Of a DNA stretch of 64,000 bases, positions 1 through 11,929 are shown one piece after another. The translations under genes and the position numbers were made by a program. Below the pieces are notes generated by a model. It saw only the letters and a program-made list of their open reading frames with translations. It made no database searches and had not been told where the DNA came from. Within the stretch, counting starts at the first letter, position 1, and every line of letters begins with the position of its first letter. The DNA lies in contig MU053487.1 in the NCBI GenBank assembly GCA_013239625.1, positions 1,011,058 through 1,075,057 on the forward strand. Direction: 5' to 3'. Origin of the DNA: Lama guanicoe. Taxonomy: Eukaryota.

Positions 1-1339
1 CTCAATACTGTCTCTGACCTAAGTGCTTATGGCCCATATATGCAGTGTCATATGGCTGTGTTCAGTCTCTTAGGGCCTTGACAGGGTGATCTAAGGGGCT
101 CTCTTAGATGTTGTCACTCAGGCATCCTTTTATTCATGAACCAGGCCTTCCGAAAATCATCTGCTGGATCTATAGTTGGTCTGCTATCACCAGGATTCAT
201 TATACAAACAAACACACACAAGATCACTCTATCTCTATTAGACTGAGAACAGAATTCCTTAGGAGTTTTGTTTTTCTCTTGGACAACATTAGTGGTGGTG
301 GTGTTAGTGGTACAGTGAGCACGTGTGAAATGACAATCCCAGAAACCTTTGTGCAAGGGACTCCAGTTTCTGGTAGTCAGGACTGTTTGTGAAAGTGTCA
401 CCAAGAGCCTCTGAGGGTAAAACTTCAAGCTGCTAGTCAACCATGGTACTCTCAGGATCAGCCATGTCTCATCTCCTTCAGTGACATGTGAAGACAGAAG
501 GGCAAGCAGGCAGGAATATTCACACACAAATAAGGGCACTGGGGAAGTTGGCAAGTTCATCCTTCCTCTCCTGCAGCTCCTGCTTCTGTCTTTAACACAT
601 CGATTGGATCAAACTCGAGTCTTTCTTTGATTGTCCCGACACCCTGCTTACTGTTGTTTATTTAGCTTATGATTCTTCTGCCCCCAAGGCAAATCTTCAT
701 ACTACATGGATCAATAGGCCATGGGGGCCTTAATTAAAGCTGCAGAATAAAATTGATACTGGATATGAAATTCCTCCAGTGTCTGGAAGAAAAGGGAATG
801 CTGTTTCTCATGGAGACTTTTCATCGTCTCACACTGTCACTTCTGAAATTTGTTGAAACATTGGGTATCTCGTGGTAGATTTCTGAGACACAAATTAGAC
901 ACATGCATAGACATGTGAAGAAAGGGGAAGTCCTTCGACGAGGCTTTTTTGGATGTCTCTCTAGACAATCAACATCCAGTATGTTGGTGGGTGTTAAAAA
1001 TCAATGCTTATTTGTACTGCAAAAGAAACCACAGATCTGGATTTTAGATCCTGTGTCAGGTGCATAAAAAGTTGCAGAGACATTTGGGGAACATAATATT
1101 AAAGAGTTTTGATTTCACTAATTTAACTATCTCTATAGTTTTTAAATAAGTCCTTTGAATGAGCCCTTTTTCCTCTGGCCAGGTAATGGGAGCTGTCCCC
1201 AATCGTGGTACTGAAATATTTACAATGAAAAGCATTGAGTTATCAAGCTCCAGAGGCTCCTAGCTGAGGATCAAAGATGTGAGGGCAGCTAGGGAAGCCG
1301 TAAGAGTTACTGGCAGAAATTGCAGTTAGTAGTTGTCAT

Positions 1340-1535
1340 TATTGACTTAAATTCTTATTCTTAAATTCTGATTCTACCATTCAGCAACTCTGTAGCCTAG
1401 CAGATTATTTAGTTTTTATGAACCGTTATTTGCGCATTATTAAATTTGGTTCATATGGGCATCAACTGAGATTTGTATGTAAGAATTCCTAGCACAGTAT
1501 TTGTAATATTTTGTGTTTTTATCAGATGTTAGTTC
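1340..1535 (+). mobile_element. MIR SINE relic
   Basis: Diverged MIR core-like text (aaattctgattctaccattcagcaactctgtagcctag...gtaagaattcctagcacagt); boundaries approximate. Confidence 0.45.
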
Positions 1536-1996
1536 TTCCCCCAGACCTTTGACTATTTGAGCCTAATATTCTGAGGAGCTGTTGCTCTTGCTGATGCCAG
1601 TGGGGAATCAACCAGAGAAGGGTGCCTTTTGACTACAGAATAATATTCAGCTCTTTCTGTCCTTTTCACACACGTGTGGTCTTCAGAATCATTTAGAGGG
1701 GAAGATACTGTTGATGAATGACCTTTCAACCTAATACACAGAGTGGGGAGAGAATAACCGTATTATTTCCATGAACCTGATGAAATTAGTATTCTAGAAT
1801 CTGAAGATGGAGAGATAGAGGTATTAGAAGGAAAAGGATGAAAACAAGGACGTGCAGGAGAGTAGAAATTTATGTAGTCAAAAGGTGAGATTTTATGTGC
1901 TTCGAAGTCTTTTGTTTATTTAGGTTTGGTTAAATATTTAAATTTTCTAATAAGATTGAGAAAAAAGAATATAAAAATATATTATGGAGCACATTT

Positions 1997-2662
1997 ATTT
2001 ATTTTTTGTTTTTCATTACATTATTTTTCTTTTCCATTATGGTTTATTAAAAGATACATAGTTCCCTGTGCTATGCAGTAAGACCTTGTTTATTTTATAT
2101 ATAGCAGTTTGATCTGCTAATCCCAAACCCCTAATTTATCTCCCTCCTGCCTGCTTTCCCTTTGGAAACCATAAGTTTGTTTTCAGTGTCTGTGAGTCTG
2201 TTTCTGTTTTGTAAATAACTTTATTTGTATCATATTTTAGATTCCACATATAAGTGATATCATATTGTATTTGCCTTTCTCTGACTTACTTCACTCAGTA
2301 TGGTAATCTCTAGGTCCATCCATGTTGCTGAAAGTGACATTATTTCGTTCTTTTTATGGCTGAGTAATATTCCATTATATATATATCACATTCATATATA
2401 TCATATCTTCTTTGTCTAGTCATCTGTTGATTGATTTTTAGTTCTTGACTATTGTAAATAGTGCTGCTATGAACACTGGAGCACATAATGTCTTTTTGAA
2501 CTAGAATTTCTTTCAGATAGATGCCCAGGAGTGGGATTGCTGGATCATATAGCAACTTTATATTTATTTTTTAAGGGACCTCCATACTGTTTTCCATAGT
2601 GGCTACACCAATTTACAATTCCAGCAGCAATGTTGGAGGGTTCCCTTTTCCCCATACCCTCA
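1997..2662 (-). mobile_element. 5'-truncated LINE-1 (ORF2 C-terminus plus 3' UTR)
   Basis: Minus ORF 2340-2555 reads YDPAIPLLGIY (L1 ORF2 C-terminus); T-rich tail at left; candidate TSD atggagcacattt (1984-1996) / atggagcatattt (2663-2675). Confidence 0.9.
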
Positions 2663-3254
2663 ATGGAGCATATTTTAAATACAGATGTTTGCCTGAGTCC
2701 TTCAGGGTGTCAAGTAGGATCACACTGAAACATTTGACCTTTGTTCTCTGCTGTATAGGATGGTTGATATGCCATTCTGAAAAAGCAGACATAAAAATAT
2801 TTGTGAAAGAATACATAATCTCTTTGTGTGAGTTTCACATTTGGAAAGAGAGAAGTGTTAAGTCCTGGTGGAATAAGTTAGGGTGTAAACATTTGTTGCA
2901 GAATTTAAAGACACTTAAGCACATATACATATGTAAACCTTGCCCAACTCTACTGTATTGTCTTGCTTTTTGAAGGTACAGGAGGAGAAATCCTTCATAA
3001 AGTAAGCCCCTCTATGGCTGAAATAAAATAGCTGTTTGAGCTGACTTTCAACTATTAATTTCCACTTCAGCTTTGGCAAAAATAGTACTTATTTCTTATG
3101 ACATTCAAGTATAATGAACGTGCAGAGTCACAATAAGTTGACGTGTATACTATAGTTACGGACATATGCTGAATGTTTCTCTGGTGTGGGTGTGTGTGGA
3201 GGTGGGGGGAGGTGGGGAGAGAGAGGGAGTATAACATCATGACATGAGCACCAA

Positions 3255-3374
3255 ACTAAAAAGCAGAATCTTAGGGCTTTCAGTTCTAGCTTTTACCTAT
3301 TAGCTATGTGACTTTGGGTAAGTCCCTTAATCTTTCTGAATTTTGGATTTTTTAACCTATAAATTTGTTATTAG

Positions 3375-3442
<68 letters not shown>

Positions 3443-3545
3443 TTATTTATATATATATAAATTGACCAATGAACTCTGTTTATCTTGGAGGGTTAATGCA
3501 AAGATGGGGAAAAAAAGAATGGATACATAAGAAAGTTCTTTATAA
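3255..3545 (+). mobile_element. MIR SINE interrupted by a microsatellite
   Basis: MIR core ttagctatgtgactttgggtaagtcccttaatctttctgaa; apparent continuation after the TA/TG repeat. Confidence 0.6.
3377..3437. repeat. Compound microsatellite (TA)17(TG)13
   Basis: Read directly from the sequence. Confidence 0.97.
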
Positions 3546-5039
3546 GACTATCAAGTACCATATAAAATGAAAGTATTTTAGGTATTGGATACATTTGTGC
3601 ACATTAAAAATGTAAAACCACATTAATCTTTGAACACAATAGCTGACATGTTCCTTAAACTCTGCAGCTCGGGTATAGCATTTCATTGACAGTTTCCAAT
3701 CCCCTAGTCTGCCTGTGACTCTCAGGTCAAGTAATATGTCTAGCAATAGTAACTGAGTATAAATCTGGGAAGGACCAAGGCTAGGGTCATTCAGAACATG
3801 CGCTTACATCCAGGTTGCTTTTATCCTTGTGCATCTACACAACTTTCCCCTAAGCTGCAGATATGTCATCATCCCATTTTGTATTTGGGGCACCTAGGGA
3901 TGAGTACAGCCCCCAGGTACACTCAGAGTCAAGACCACCAGCCACAGTGAAAAAGAGCAGGTGAAGGGGCACACAGGCAATGACCATACCTTGCTCTGTC
4001 TTCTGAATTTGTTCATTGGTTTGGTCCATCTGGTCTTGGCTCATGAGGGTTCTGGGTTAATGAAGCTTTAAATAAACATGAACCAGGAGGAAATAAATGA
4101 ATCACACACCAGAAGAAAGCATTGAGGTGTGACCTTATTTGCTGACTTCCAAATTAAAATGAGAAAACGGTGCTTCTTTCTGTTAAGGAAAAATGTCATT
4201 ACTAGCTAATTAGAATAGAAGAGAATATAATAAATGTACATAGAACAGAAGAACTTATCCCTAACCCTGACCCTTTTGTATCATTAAAAAATGTCATTTA
4301 TGTGTTCTTGAACCTCAGTTTCCTAACCTAAAAACAGAGATATAAACTACTGCCACACTGTAGATACTTAACAGTTTTTTGATTCTTTGATAGTATGCTT
4401 CATGACTGGAATGACTAATTCAGAAATAATCTTTTGCCTTTATTTTATGTCTCTAAGAAGAGGGTGTTAGGTGTGGTAATGTGAGTTTGTGAGCAGTATA
4501 GAATTATAACAGGCCTCATTAGTTACCAAGTCCAATATCCTCGCTTGGCAGATGAGAAACAAGTTACGATTCCATAAAATGCATCCCCTGACTGCGTTTT
4601 ACATTTCTGTCACTTGAATATGGCTCCTGCAGTAGGGAGGGTAGTGTGGTTAATGAGAAGTAGAAGACTCTACTGGGATCCAAGGGATATAGCTTCGCTC
4701 TTTGAGGAAACAGCTCTTAGCCACTGCCCTTGGACCATGTGAACTGTTGGAGTACTCAGTGTACGCATTCCATGCAGTGCTGCAGGAGGAGACTCACAGG
4801 GTTCCAGCCCCACCAATGGAAAGGAAGCATGAGCAAACAGGGAAATGATTTGAAAGCAATGAACGTTTTGTCTCATCAGGCACTTTCAAAAGAGTTTGCA
4901 GAGTCAATAGGTGATGGGGACTTTAATTAAAAATAAAAGGCGAAACTGAAGCTTGACTGTAGTATCTGAAAGGAAAGATGACCTTAGAGATCAGGAGAAA
5001 TATTGTCCGAATCCCACGACGGAAAGAGCTGTTTCTATT

Positions 5040-5563
5040 TTTTTTAAATTGAAGTCAGTTTACAATGTTGTGACAATCTCTGGTTTACAGTGTATTGATT
5101 CAGCCATATATATACATATATACATCAGTTTTCATATTTTTTTTCATTATAGGTTACTACAAGATACTGCATATAGTTTCCTGTGCTATACAGAAGAAAC
5201 TTGTCTGTTTTATACATAGTAGTTATATCTGCAAATCTCAAACTCCCAATTTTTCCCTCCACTCCCTGGTAACCATAAGTTTGTTTTCTATGTCTGTGAG
5301 TCTGTTTCTGTTTTGTAAATAAATTCATTTGTGTATTTTTTTGTTAGATTCCACATATAAGTGATAACATATGGTTTTTTCTTTCTCTTTCTGTCTTAAA
5401 CTCACTTAGAATGATAATCTCCAGGTCCATCCATGTTGCAGCAAATGACTTTTATTTTTTTATGGCTGAGTAGGATTTCATTGTATAAATATTCCACAAC
5501 TTCTTCATCCAGTCATCATAATGGGTAAACATACTTGAAAAACAGAGGTAACCACAAATCAAA
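5040..5563 (-). mobile_element. LINE-1 3' UTR insertion with a short inverted 5' segment
   Basis: Antisense L1 3' UTR 5040-5517, similar to the other L1 copies in the window; TSD agctgtttctatt (5027-5039) / agctgtttttatt (5564-5576); 5518-5563 does not continue the antisense 3' UTR. Confidence 0.9.
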
Positions 5564-5688
5564 AGCTGTTTTTATTGAACTGGAGTAATTTAAATATTTA
5601 ACACACCAGGGCACCTGGGAGAAAAGCTCATATGCATGCTTCCACACTTCCATCTATTCTCTTCCTTCCATCCAGAAGAGATGACCTG

Positions 5689-5791
5689 AGGATGAGGGGT
5701 ATATCTCGGTGGTAGAGCGTGCACTTGGTGTGCAGGAAATCCTGGGTTCAATCCCATCTGCCTCCATTAAGAAGGTAAAAAAAAATTCAGT
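5689..5791 (+). mobile_element. tRNA-derived SINE, camelid Vic-1-like
   Basis: Pol III A-box-like tatctcggtgg and B-box ggttcaatcc, A-rich tail, TSD agaagagatgacctg (5674-5688) / agaagaggtggcctg (5792-5806). Confidence 0.85.
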
Positions 5792-6034
5792 AGAAGAGGT
5801 GGCCTGGCATGTAAGACACGATGAGTGGGGATGAAGGTGATGTTCCACAGGCTTCTGTCACTGGGAACTTGATAATGGTGTGGTGTGTGCATGTCACAGT
5901 GGGCTGCTACTGCAGATGACTTAAGTCTGGTGTGAGCCCTCCTTGAGAACCAGAGTAAACATTGGGATGAGATAACCTGGATCTGTTGTGAAGAATAGAG
6001 AACATAACCTTTTCTCTGTTTACATTCTTTTAAT

Positions 6035-6190
6035 TCATGGATTCATTTTACAAACCAGTGGTGTCAGTCATGGAAAATTTCCTACTTTGGAAATGCTGGG
6101 GAGATACAGAAATGAATAAAGCAGGGTCTCTTCCCTCTAGTAGGTTACAGTATAGTGGGGGAGAATGACAGTAAATGACTAATTATGATG
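6035..6190 (-). mobile_element. L2 3' end fragment
   Basis: Antisense L2-like text (tgctggggagatacagaaatgaataaagcagggtctcttccctc...ttacagtatagtggggga). Confidence 0.5.
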
Positions 6191-6249
6191 GACAGTGGAA
6201 GGAAATAAGTAGAGGAAGTAGAGAGAAGGTGTCTAAAGAAAGAAATGAT

Positions 6250-6440
6250 ATCATTTGAGCATTTACACTATGCCTTGAACCATGTCAGGCCCTGTATTTA
6301 TATAGCTTTCACAGTTATGAACAGTTCTGAAAGGAAGATAGAATAGTTCTTATTTTACTATTGAGTTAATCAAGGCTCAGGTGTTTAAGGAAATTGTTCA
6401 AGGTCACAGTGAAATTTAAAGCTGGGGTTGTAAGCTTTAA
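6250..6440 (-). mobile_element. MIR SINE relic
   Basis: Antisense MIR core (ttttactattgagttaatcaaggctcagg...ttgttcaaggtcacag). Confidence 0.55.
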
Positions 6441-7099
6441 AGTTTATGTAGCCATGTGCTCCCCAAAGCAACCACTCTCCAGTGACTAAGTTAAAGCAGT
6501 AGTCTATCTGATAGTTGATTTCAGTGAAGGATGTATGAAAGGCTGTATTGATTTCAGTTACAGTAGGCTAGCATCCTTGAGTGCCTTGATTTGAATCCCA
6601 AACTCTTTGAGATCCTGACTACATACATCACCCAAACTTGCTATCTTCAGCATGATCCTGGAGGTTCTGTGAAGTAGAAAGGAGGTGTGGCTGGTCATAG
6701 ATCATTGATTTTCTGGCTTTAGATTCCTGGTCCTCCCAAAGCAGCCTATCATTTCTACTTGTCAGTCAGATGATCTGAAAAGTCTGGGAGGACAGGTATT
6801 GGGAACCAAGTGACACTTATTTTCTAGGATGATCTGCATTCAGTGATCTAGACAGTAGCTCTCTTCTCAGTCAGCTTTCAGGATCTACATTGACATTCTT
6901 TCCTTATTCTCTGCTTGGTACAAACACTGAATATGTATCAAGGGTAAGCTTTACCTTCTGTTTTCACAGCAATTTAGAAAACGTGTCTTTGGCTGCTTCT
7001 TTATTCATAGTACGTCCTCCCCGACACCTCTGATTAAACACGCAGATTTGTTTTCAGCCTTGAGTTTCCATTTATTTTTGATTCTCTTAACAATAAGAA

Positions 7100-8488
7100 T
7101 TGTCTTTTGAGGAATCTCCATACTGTTTTCCACAGTGGCTGCACCAAACTGCATTTCCACCAGCAGTGTAGGAGGGTTCCCTTTTCTCCACAGCCTCTCC
7201 AGCATTTACCGTTTGTGGATTTTTGAATAATGGCCATTCTGACTGGTGTGAGGTGATACCTCATTGTAGTTTTGATTTGCATTTCTCTGATAATTAGTGA
7301 TATTGAACATTTTTTCATGTGCCTATTGATCATTTGTATTTCTTCCTTGGAGAATTGCTTGTTTAGGTCTTTGGCCCATTTTTGGATTGAGTTGTTTGTT
7401 TTTTTCTTATTAAGTCGTATGAGCTGCTTATATATTCTGGAGATCAAGCCTTTGTCAGTTTCATTTGCAAAAATTTTCTTCCATTCCATAAGTTGTCTTT
7501 TTGTTTTCCTTATGGTTTCCTTTGCTGTGCAGAAGCTTGTAAGTTTTGTTAGGTCCCATTGGTTTATTCTTGCTTTTATTTGTATTGCTTGGGTAGACTG
7601 TCCTAGGAGAACATTTTTGAGATGTGTGTCAGATAATGTTTTGCCTATATTTTCTTCTAGGAGGTTCATTGTATCTTGTCTTATGTTTAAGTCTTTGATC
7701 CATTTTGAGTTGATTTTTGTGTATGGTGTAAGGGAGTGTTCTAGCTTCAATGATTTACATGCTGCTGTCCAGTTTTCCCAACACCATTTTCTAAAGAGAC
7801 TGTCTTTATTCCATTGTATCTTGCCTCCTTTGTCGAAGATAGACTTACCATATGACCCAGGAATCCCGCTCCTGGGCATATATCCAGAAGAAATCCTACT
7901 TCAAAATGACACCTGCACCCAAATGTTCATAGCAGTGCTATTTACAATAGCCAAGACATGGAAACAGCCTAAATGTCCATGAACAGATTACTGGATAAAG
8001 AAGAAGTGGTATGTTTATACAATGGAATACTATTCAGCCATAAAAACCGACAACATAACGCCATTTGCAGCAACATGAATGTTACTGGAGAATGTCATTC
8101 TAAGTGAAGTAAGCCAGAAAGAAAGGAAAATACCATATGAGATTGCTCATATGTGGAATCTAAAACAAACAAACAAATAAACAAAAACATATATACAAAA
8201 CAGAAACAGACTCATAGACATAGAAAAGAAACTTGTGGTTACCAAGAGGGCAGAGGGGTGGGAAGGGACAGACTGGGATTTTAAAATGTAGAATAGAAAA
8301 ACAAGATTATACTGCATAGCACAGGGAAATATATACAAGATCTTACGGTAGCTCTCAGAGAAAAAAAATGTGATAATGACTATATATATGTTCACGTATA
8401 ACTGAAAAATTGTGTTCTACACTGGAATTTGACACAACATTGTAAAATGATTATAACTCAATAAAAATGTTAAAAAAAAAAAAAAAAA
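7100..8488 (+). mobile_element. Young LINE-1 with 5' inversion (twin-priming structure)
   Basis: 7102-7840 is antisense ORF2; from ~7839 the sense strand continues ORF2 ([15 protein letters not shown]) into the 3' UTR, AATAAA and poly(A) 8472-8488. Confidence 0.95.
7102..7840 (-). pseudogene. LINE-1 ORF2 C-terminal fragment, uninterrupted frame of about 245 aa (inverted part of the L1)
   Basis: Translation [10 protein letters not shown]...KWCWENW...[18 protein letters not shown] (CX3CX7HX4C cysteine-rich motif)...[10 protein letters not shown]. Confidence 0.93.
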
Positions 8489-8519
8489 GAAAGTATCCCA
8501 AATACTAAAAAAAAAAAAT

Positions 8520-8690
8520 GGTAAGATTAACAGAAGACTGGCACAACAGAAGAAAGGATCATCAAAACTGAAGATACATCAAAAAAATACAAATTGCTAC
8601 ACAGAGAGAAAAAACCAAGGAAAAAAATCCAGAGCTTTGATGACCTTGGTAGAAAGAATCAAGAGGTTTGCTACATTTGTAGTAATAACT
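8520..8690 (+). mobile_element. Old L1 ORF1-region fragment
   Basis: A-rich text resembling L1M ORF1 coiled-coil region (acagaagaaaggatcatcaaaactgaagata...cagagctttgatgacctt). Confidence 0.5.
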
Positions 8691-8715
8691 CTCTCATTTT
8701 GAAAAAGAGAGGATG

Positions 8716-8768
8716 TGAAACTAAGATTGTAAATCAACTACAGTTCAATAAAAAACAAAATTAAAAAA
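8716..8768 (+). mobile_element. Extremely 5'-truncated L1 (last ~50 bp plus tail)
   Basis: attgtaaatcaactacagttcaataaa plus A tail; TSD aaaaagagaggatg (8702-8715) / aaaaagggaggatg (8769-8782). Confidence 0.8.
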
Positions 8769-10309
8769 AAAAAGGGAGGATGGAGAGCAAGATCAGCGGG
8801 AAGTGGTGGGTAACAAATGTGTTATGCTGGCTGGAATAGCAAGGACTCATTGTCTTGGTCATGAAATGGGATCCTTGGTCTTTCTTTCCTTGCTCCCACT
8901 TCTGTTCTCCTGCAGGACCTTCCTCTCCATTAGTTTCTGTGGCCACATTTAGGAGAGGAATTAGAAGGATTCCCCTTCTGCAGGTAGTAGGTCTTTGATG
9001 TTTGGGTGACTAGGGATTCCTTCCCATTTTGAGCAGTACAAAGTATAAAATTTTTTTGGAAATGAAAAACTCTTAAAATCTTGGTTGAATTTCCACTTAG
9101 TTCTATTAGCTGAGCTTCAAGAGCTGGTAACAGGGGTGGAGATCCCGCTGAACTGGCATCTTTGAGTCTGGAATGGGGCTGTGCTCTGCCCACTCATCTC
9201 GCCTTCAACTCAATGTTCCACATCTTGGCCTTTATTTTTGGCAAAATTCAAAACAAAAGGATGGGTTGAGAAGGCACTGTGAACCTTCTGCTCCCAGGCT
9301 GTAGTAGTTACCTGTTTTCTACTGTGGGGATGTATTTTCCTTTTCTCAGACTATGTCTGCATACAGGATGCATGTGGGAGGGCTCTGGATGTTTGCCCTC
9401 TCTGAGGCTCAGTGCTATCCTGTTTTCATCTTCTAACCCTAGGCTTAGACAGAGAAGTCATCTTTTCCAATTTTACCAGACTCCAAATTACTAGAATCGT
9501 AACTGTCTTGAATTGCATTCACCTAGCCTAAAGATTCTCTCATAGAAAAGCAGTATTCACCCTCCCCCCACACCCCTCTGACCCTTATTCTTTTAGATTA
9601 GTCAGTTTCAACTGAAAACCTCATGATGTGGAAACTTACCAAAGTCTTCCCAAAGTAAAGATCACATTTCAACATTCCAAACTTTTCCCATCTGATTCCC
9701 TAAGGAGTCTGGGAGTCTGAGCCTTGAGATTTACTAGGTGTTCACTAAGTCGCCTCAAGGGTACCAGCTTCACAGGCTAGATTGTGTTGTTGTACTGCGC
9801 TTATCCCATCTGAGACTTGGGTTTCACTTCTCACTCTCTCTCTCTCATTTATAAGCTGAACTTAAATTTAAAAGTTCGAGACCTGCAATCCGATGATAGG
9901 CTTCTCTGTAATCACAAGTCCATCAGGTTCTCACCAGTTTCAAGGGTTTTTTTTTTTTTTTCCTCTCTTCTCTTCTTCCTGCTTCAGGTGAGGGTCTCTT
10001 GCCACTAGTGAGTTCCTTCCCCTCAAGTTGTATCCAGACCCTTGCCCTGCCTAGGCTGCCCCAGAGCATGACAGGTCCCCTAGTACCTTTCCCTCCAGCC
10101 TTGCCCTTTGGTCTGTTCTGAGCCTGCCCTCCACAGCGAAATTCATTTTTTTAAAAACAAAGTTTATTTCATGAATCCTCTTTGTTCAAGTGTTGACACA
10201 TGTTTTTCAGCATCCAGTTTAATCTGGTTCCATCTGTCTTTTTACATACTAGATACGAATAGGTTAGATCCAATCCGATTCCCCACAATTCTGTTTTTCA
10301 TGGGTCAGT

Positions 10310-10336
10310 TGTGTGTGTGTGTGTGTGTGTGTGTGT
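10310..10336. repeat. (TG)n microsatellite
   Basis: Read directly from the sequence. Confidence 0.95.
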
Positions 10337-10536
10337 TCGTAGCTGCTCCATCTCATGCCCCCATTCTCTACTTGCCAAAATTCCACTTATCTAGACCTTT
10401 CCAAAAGTTTCTTATCTTTCAGGATCGTCTATAAGAAGCCTCTCTCCTCTAGGGCTGTTCCCATATATGTGAGTTCCTTTAACCTTAAATTAGTTCTCTT
10501 TTCACATCTGACCTCTGTAATAAAGAATATTATTTC

Positions 10537-10723
10537 ACATTACTACATATGAAATAGATAAACAACAAGAACCTACTGTATAGCACAAGGAACTACATTC
10601 AGTTTCTTGTAATAATATAAAATGGAAAAGAATCTGAAAAAAATATACATTTATGTATATATAACTCAATCACTTTGCTGTACACCTGAAACTAACACTG
10701 TAAATCAACTATATTTCAATAAA
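10537..10723 (+). mobile_element. 5'-truncated L1 3' UTR end
   Basis: aacaacaagaacctactgtatagcacaagg...tgtaaatcaactatatttcaataaa; TSD aatattatttc (10526-10536 / 10724-10734). Confidence 0.88.
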
Positions 10724-11929
10724 AATATTATTTCTAATAGGATTGGATTTAAAAGTCTGTATTAAACAAATTCTTCATGGACCCAACTTACGGTTCTATT
10801 TGCACCTCTGTCTCCTTGCCAGATAAAAAAGGAGCTTAATCTTTATACCTTTGTACCTTTATATCTTTGTTCCTGTGAATAGTGTTCAGAGCCAGTTAAA
10901 TCTGATCCTCAGTTTTTATGCATGTTTTCAAATAAGCATCAGTCTCATGCCCTGTTATCTAAGTGTTCCCTTTCCCTAGGTAGCTCCCCAATAAAAAAAA
11001 AATCCTAACCCAACATTTAGTTGGGAAAATAAAACTACAGAGTAAAGTTGGACTAGGAAATTCGGCTGCATCATTACTTGTAATAGCTCATAAAACCTAG
11101 CTTACTCAAAGATAGAAACAGGGTCCTTTCTTTGCCTCAAACGTAGAGAATACATACTGACAGTGTTTCAGTTACTTCCCCCTTATTTCTGTTTTATCTA
11201 TCTCAGCAGAATTCCAAAAGTCACACATGAGAAGCAACCCCCAGAGTCGAGTTTTATTTTAGCAAACTCTCATGAAGACCTTACTGGTTCCAAATCAATA
11301 AAGTAGTAAAATACCAGCAGAAAGTATATTAGTGGTTTATTTACAAGCCTCATTTGAAGCTGGATAATGAGATCCTGAACTTACACCTGCCCTCTTCGTT
11401 TCACCATCATAGCAACACCTCATCCCTGCCTGTAATTAGGTGTAATTGTTTCCTTGCAAAAAATAATCAGAGTAATTTAACCAGTGATCTGTTTTTGTTT
11501 TTGATAATCCAGTCGGCTGCCGTTCTCATGTAGTGAGTCTGGCCAGGGTAGGACTTAAAAGTGAATGTTTTTAGTTTCCTTAAGTTCCTAACTTCTAGTT
11601 TCTAGGGATCTCGTTCTCTTCTGCACTTTTAGTTATATAACAACACCTGCACTGCAATAACTGACAGTGTAAGCACAAAGAAATTGCAAGGAAGTTTTTT
11701 TCTTTAGAAAAAAAAAAACTATCTGGCTTGTGGCTTGGTGGTTCAGCAGAGGTGACTGAGTCTAGCGGAGTCAGACCAATCATTCCTTGACTGGGTGATG
11801 CTGGTTATGAGGAAGTGGCAGAGTGTTCTAGGAATGGACTGCATGCAAAACTAAGCTAATTAACACCTTTGATATTGCCATGTATTTATGTAGTAACTAA
11901 TGCATGAACACTGCAGGTTATGGGAGCAG

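Noticed and set aside
114..560. 148-aa minus-strand ORF and overlapping 94-aa plus-strand ORF
   Set aside because: No recognisable domain, no convincing splice or promoter context; consistent with chance ORFs.
5689..5766. Possible tRNA gene
   Set aside because: A tail, TSD and a degenerate A box indicate a SINE, not a functional tRNA.
7034..7982. 281-aa and 236-aa ORFs as candidate novel genes
   Set aside because: Both are artefacts of the inverted L1: each fuses real ORF2 sequence to antisense L1 or flank across the inversion junction.
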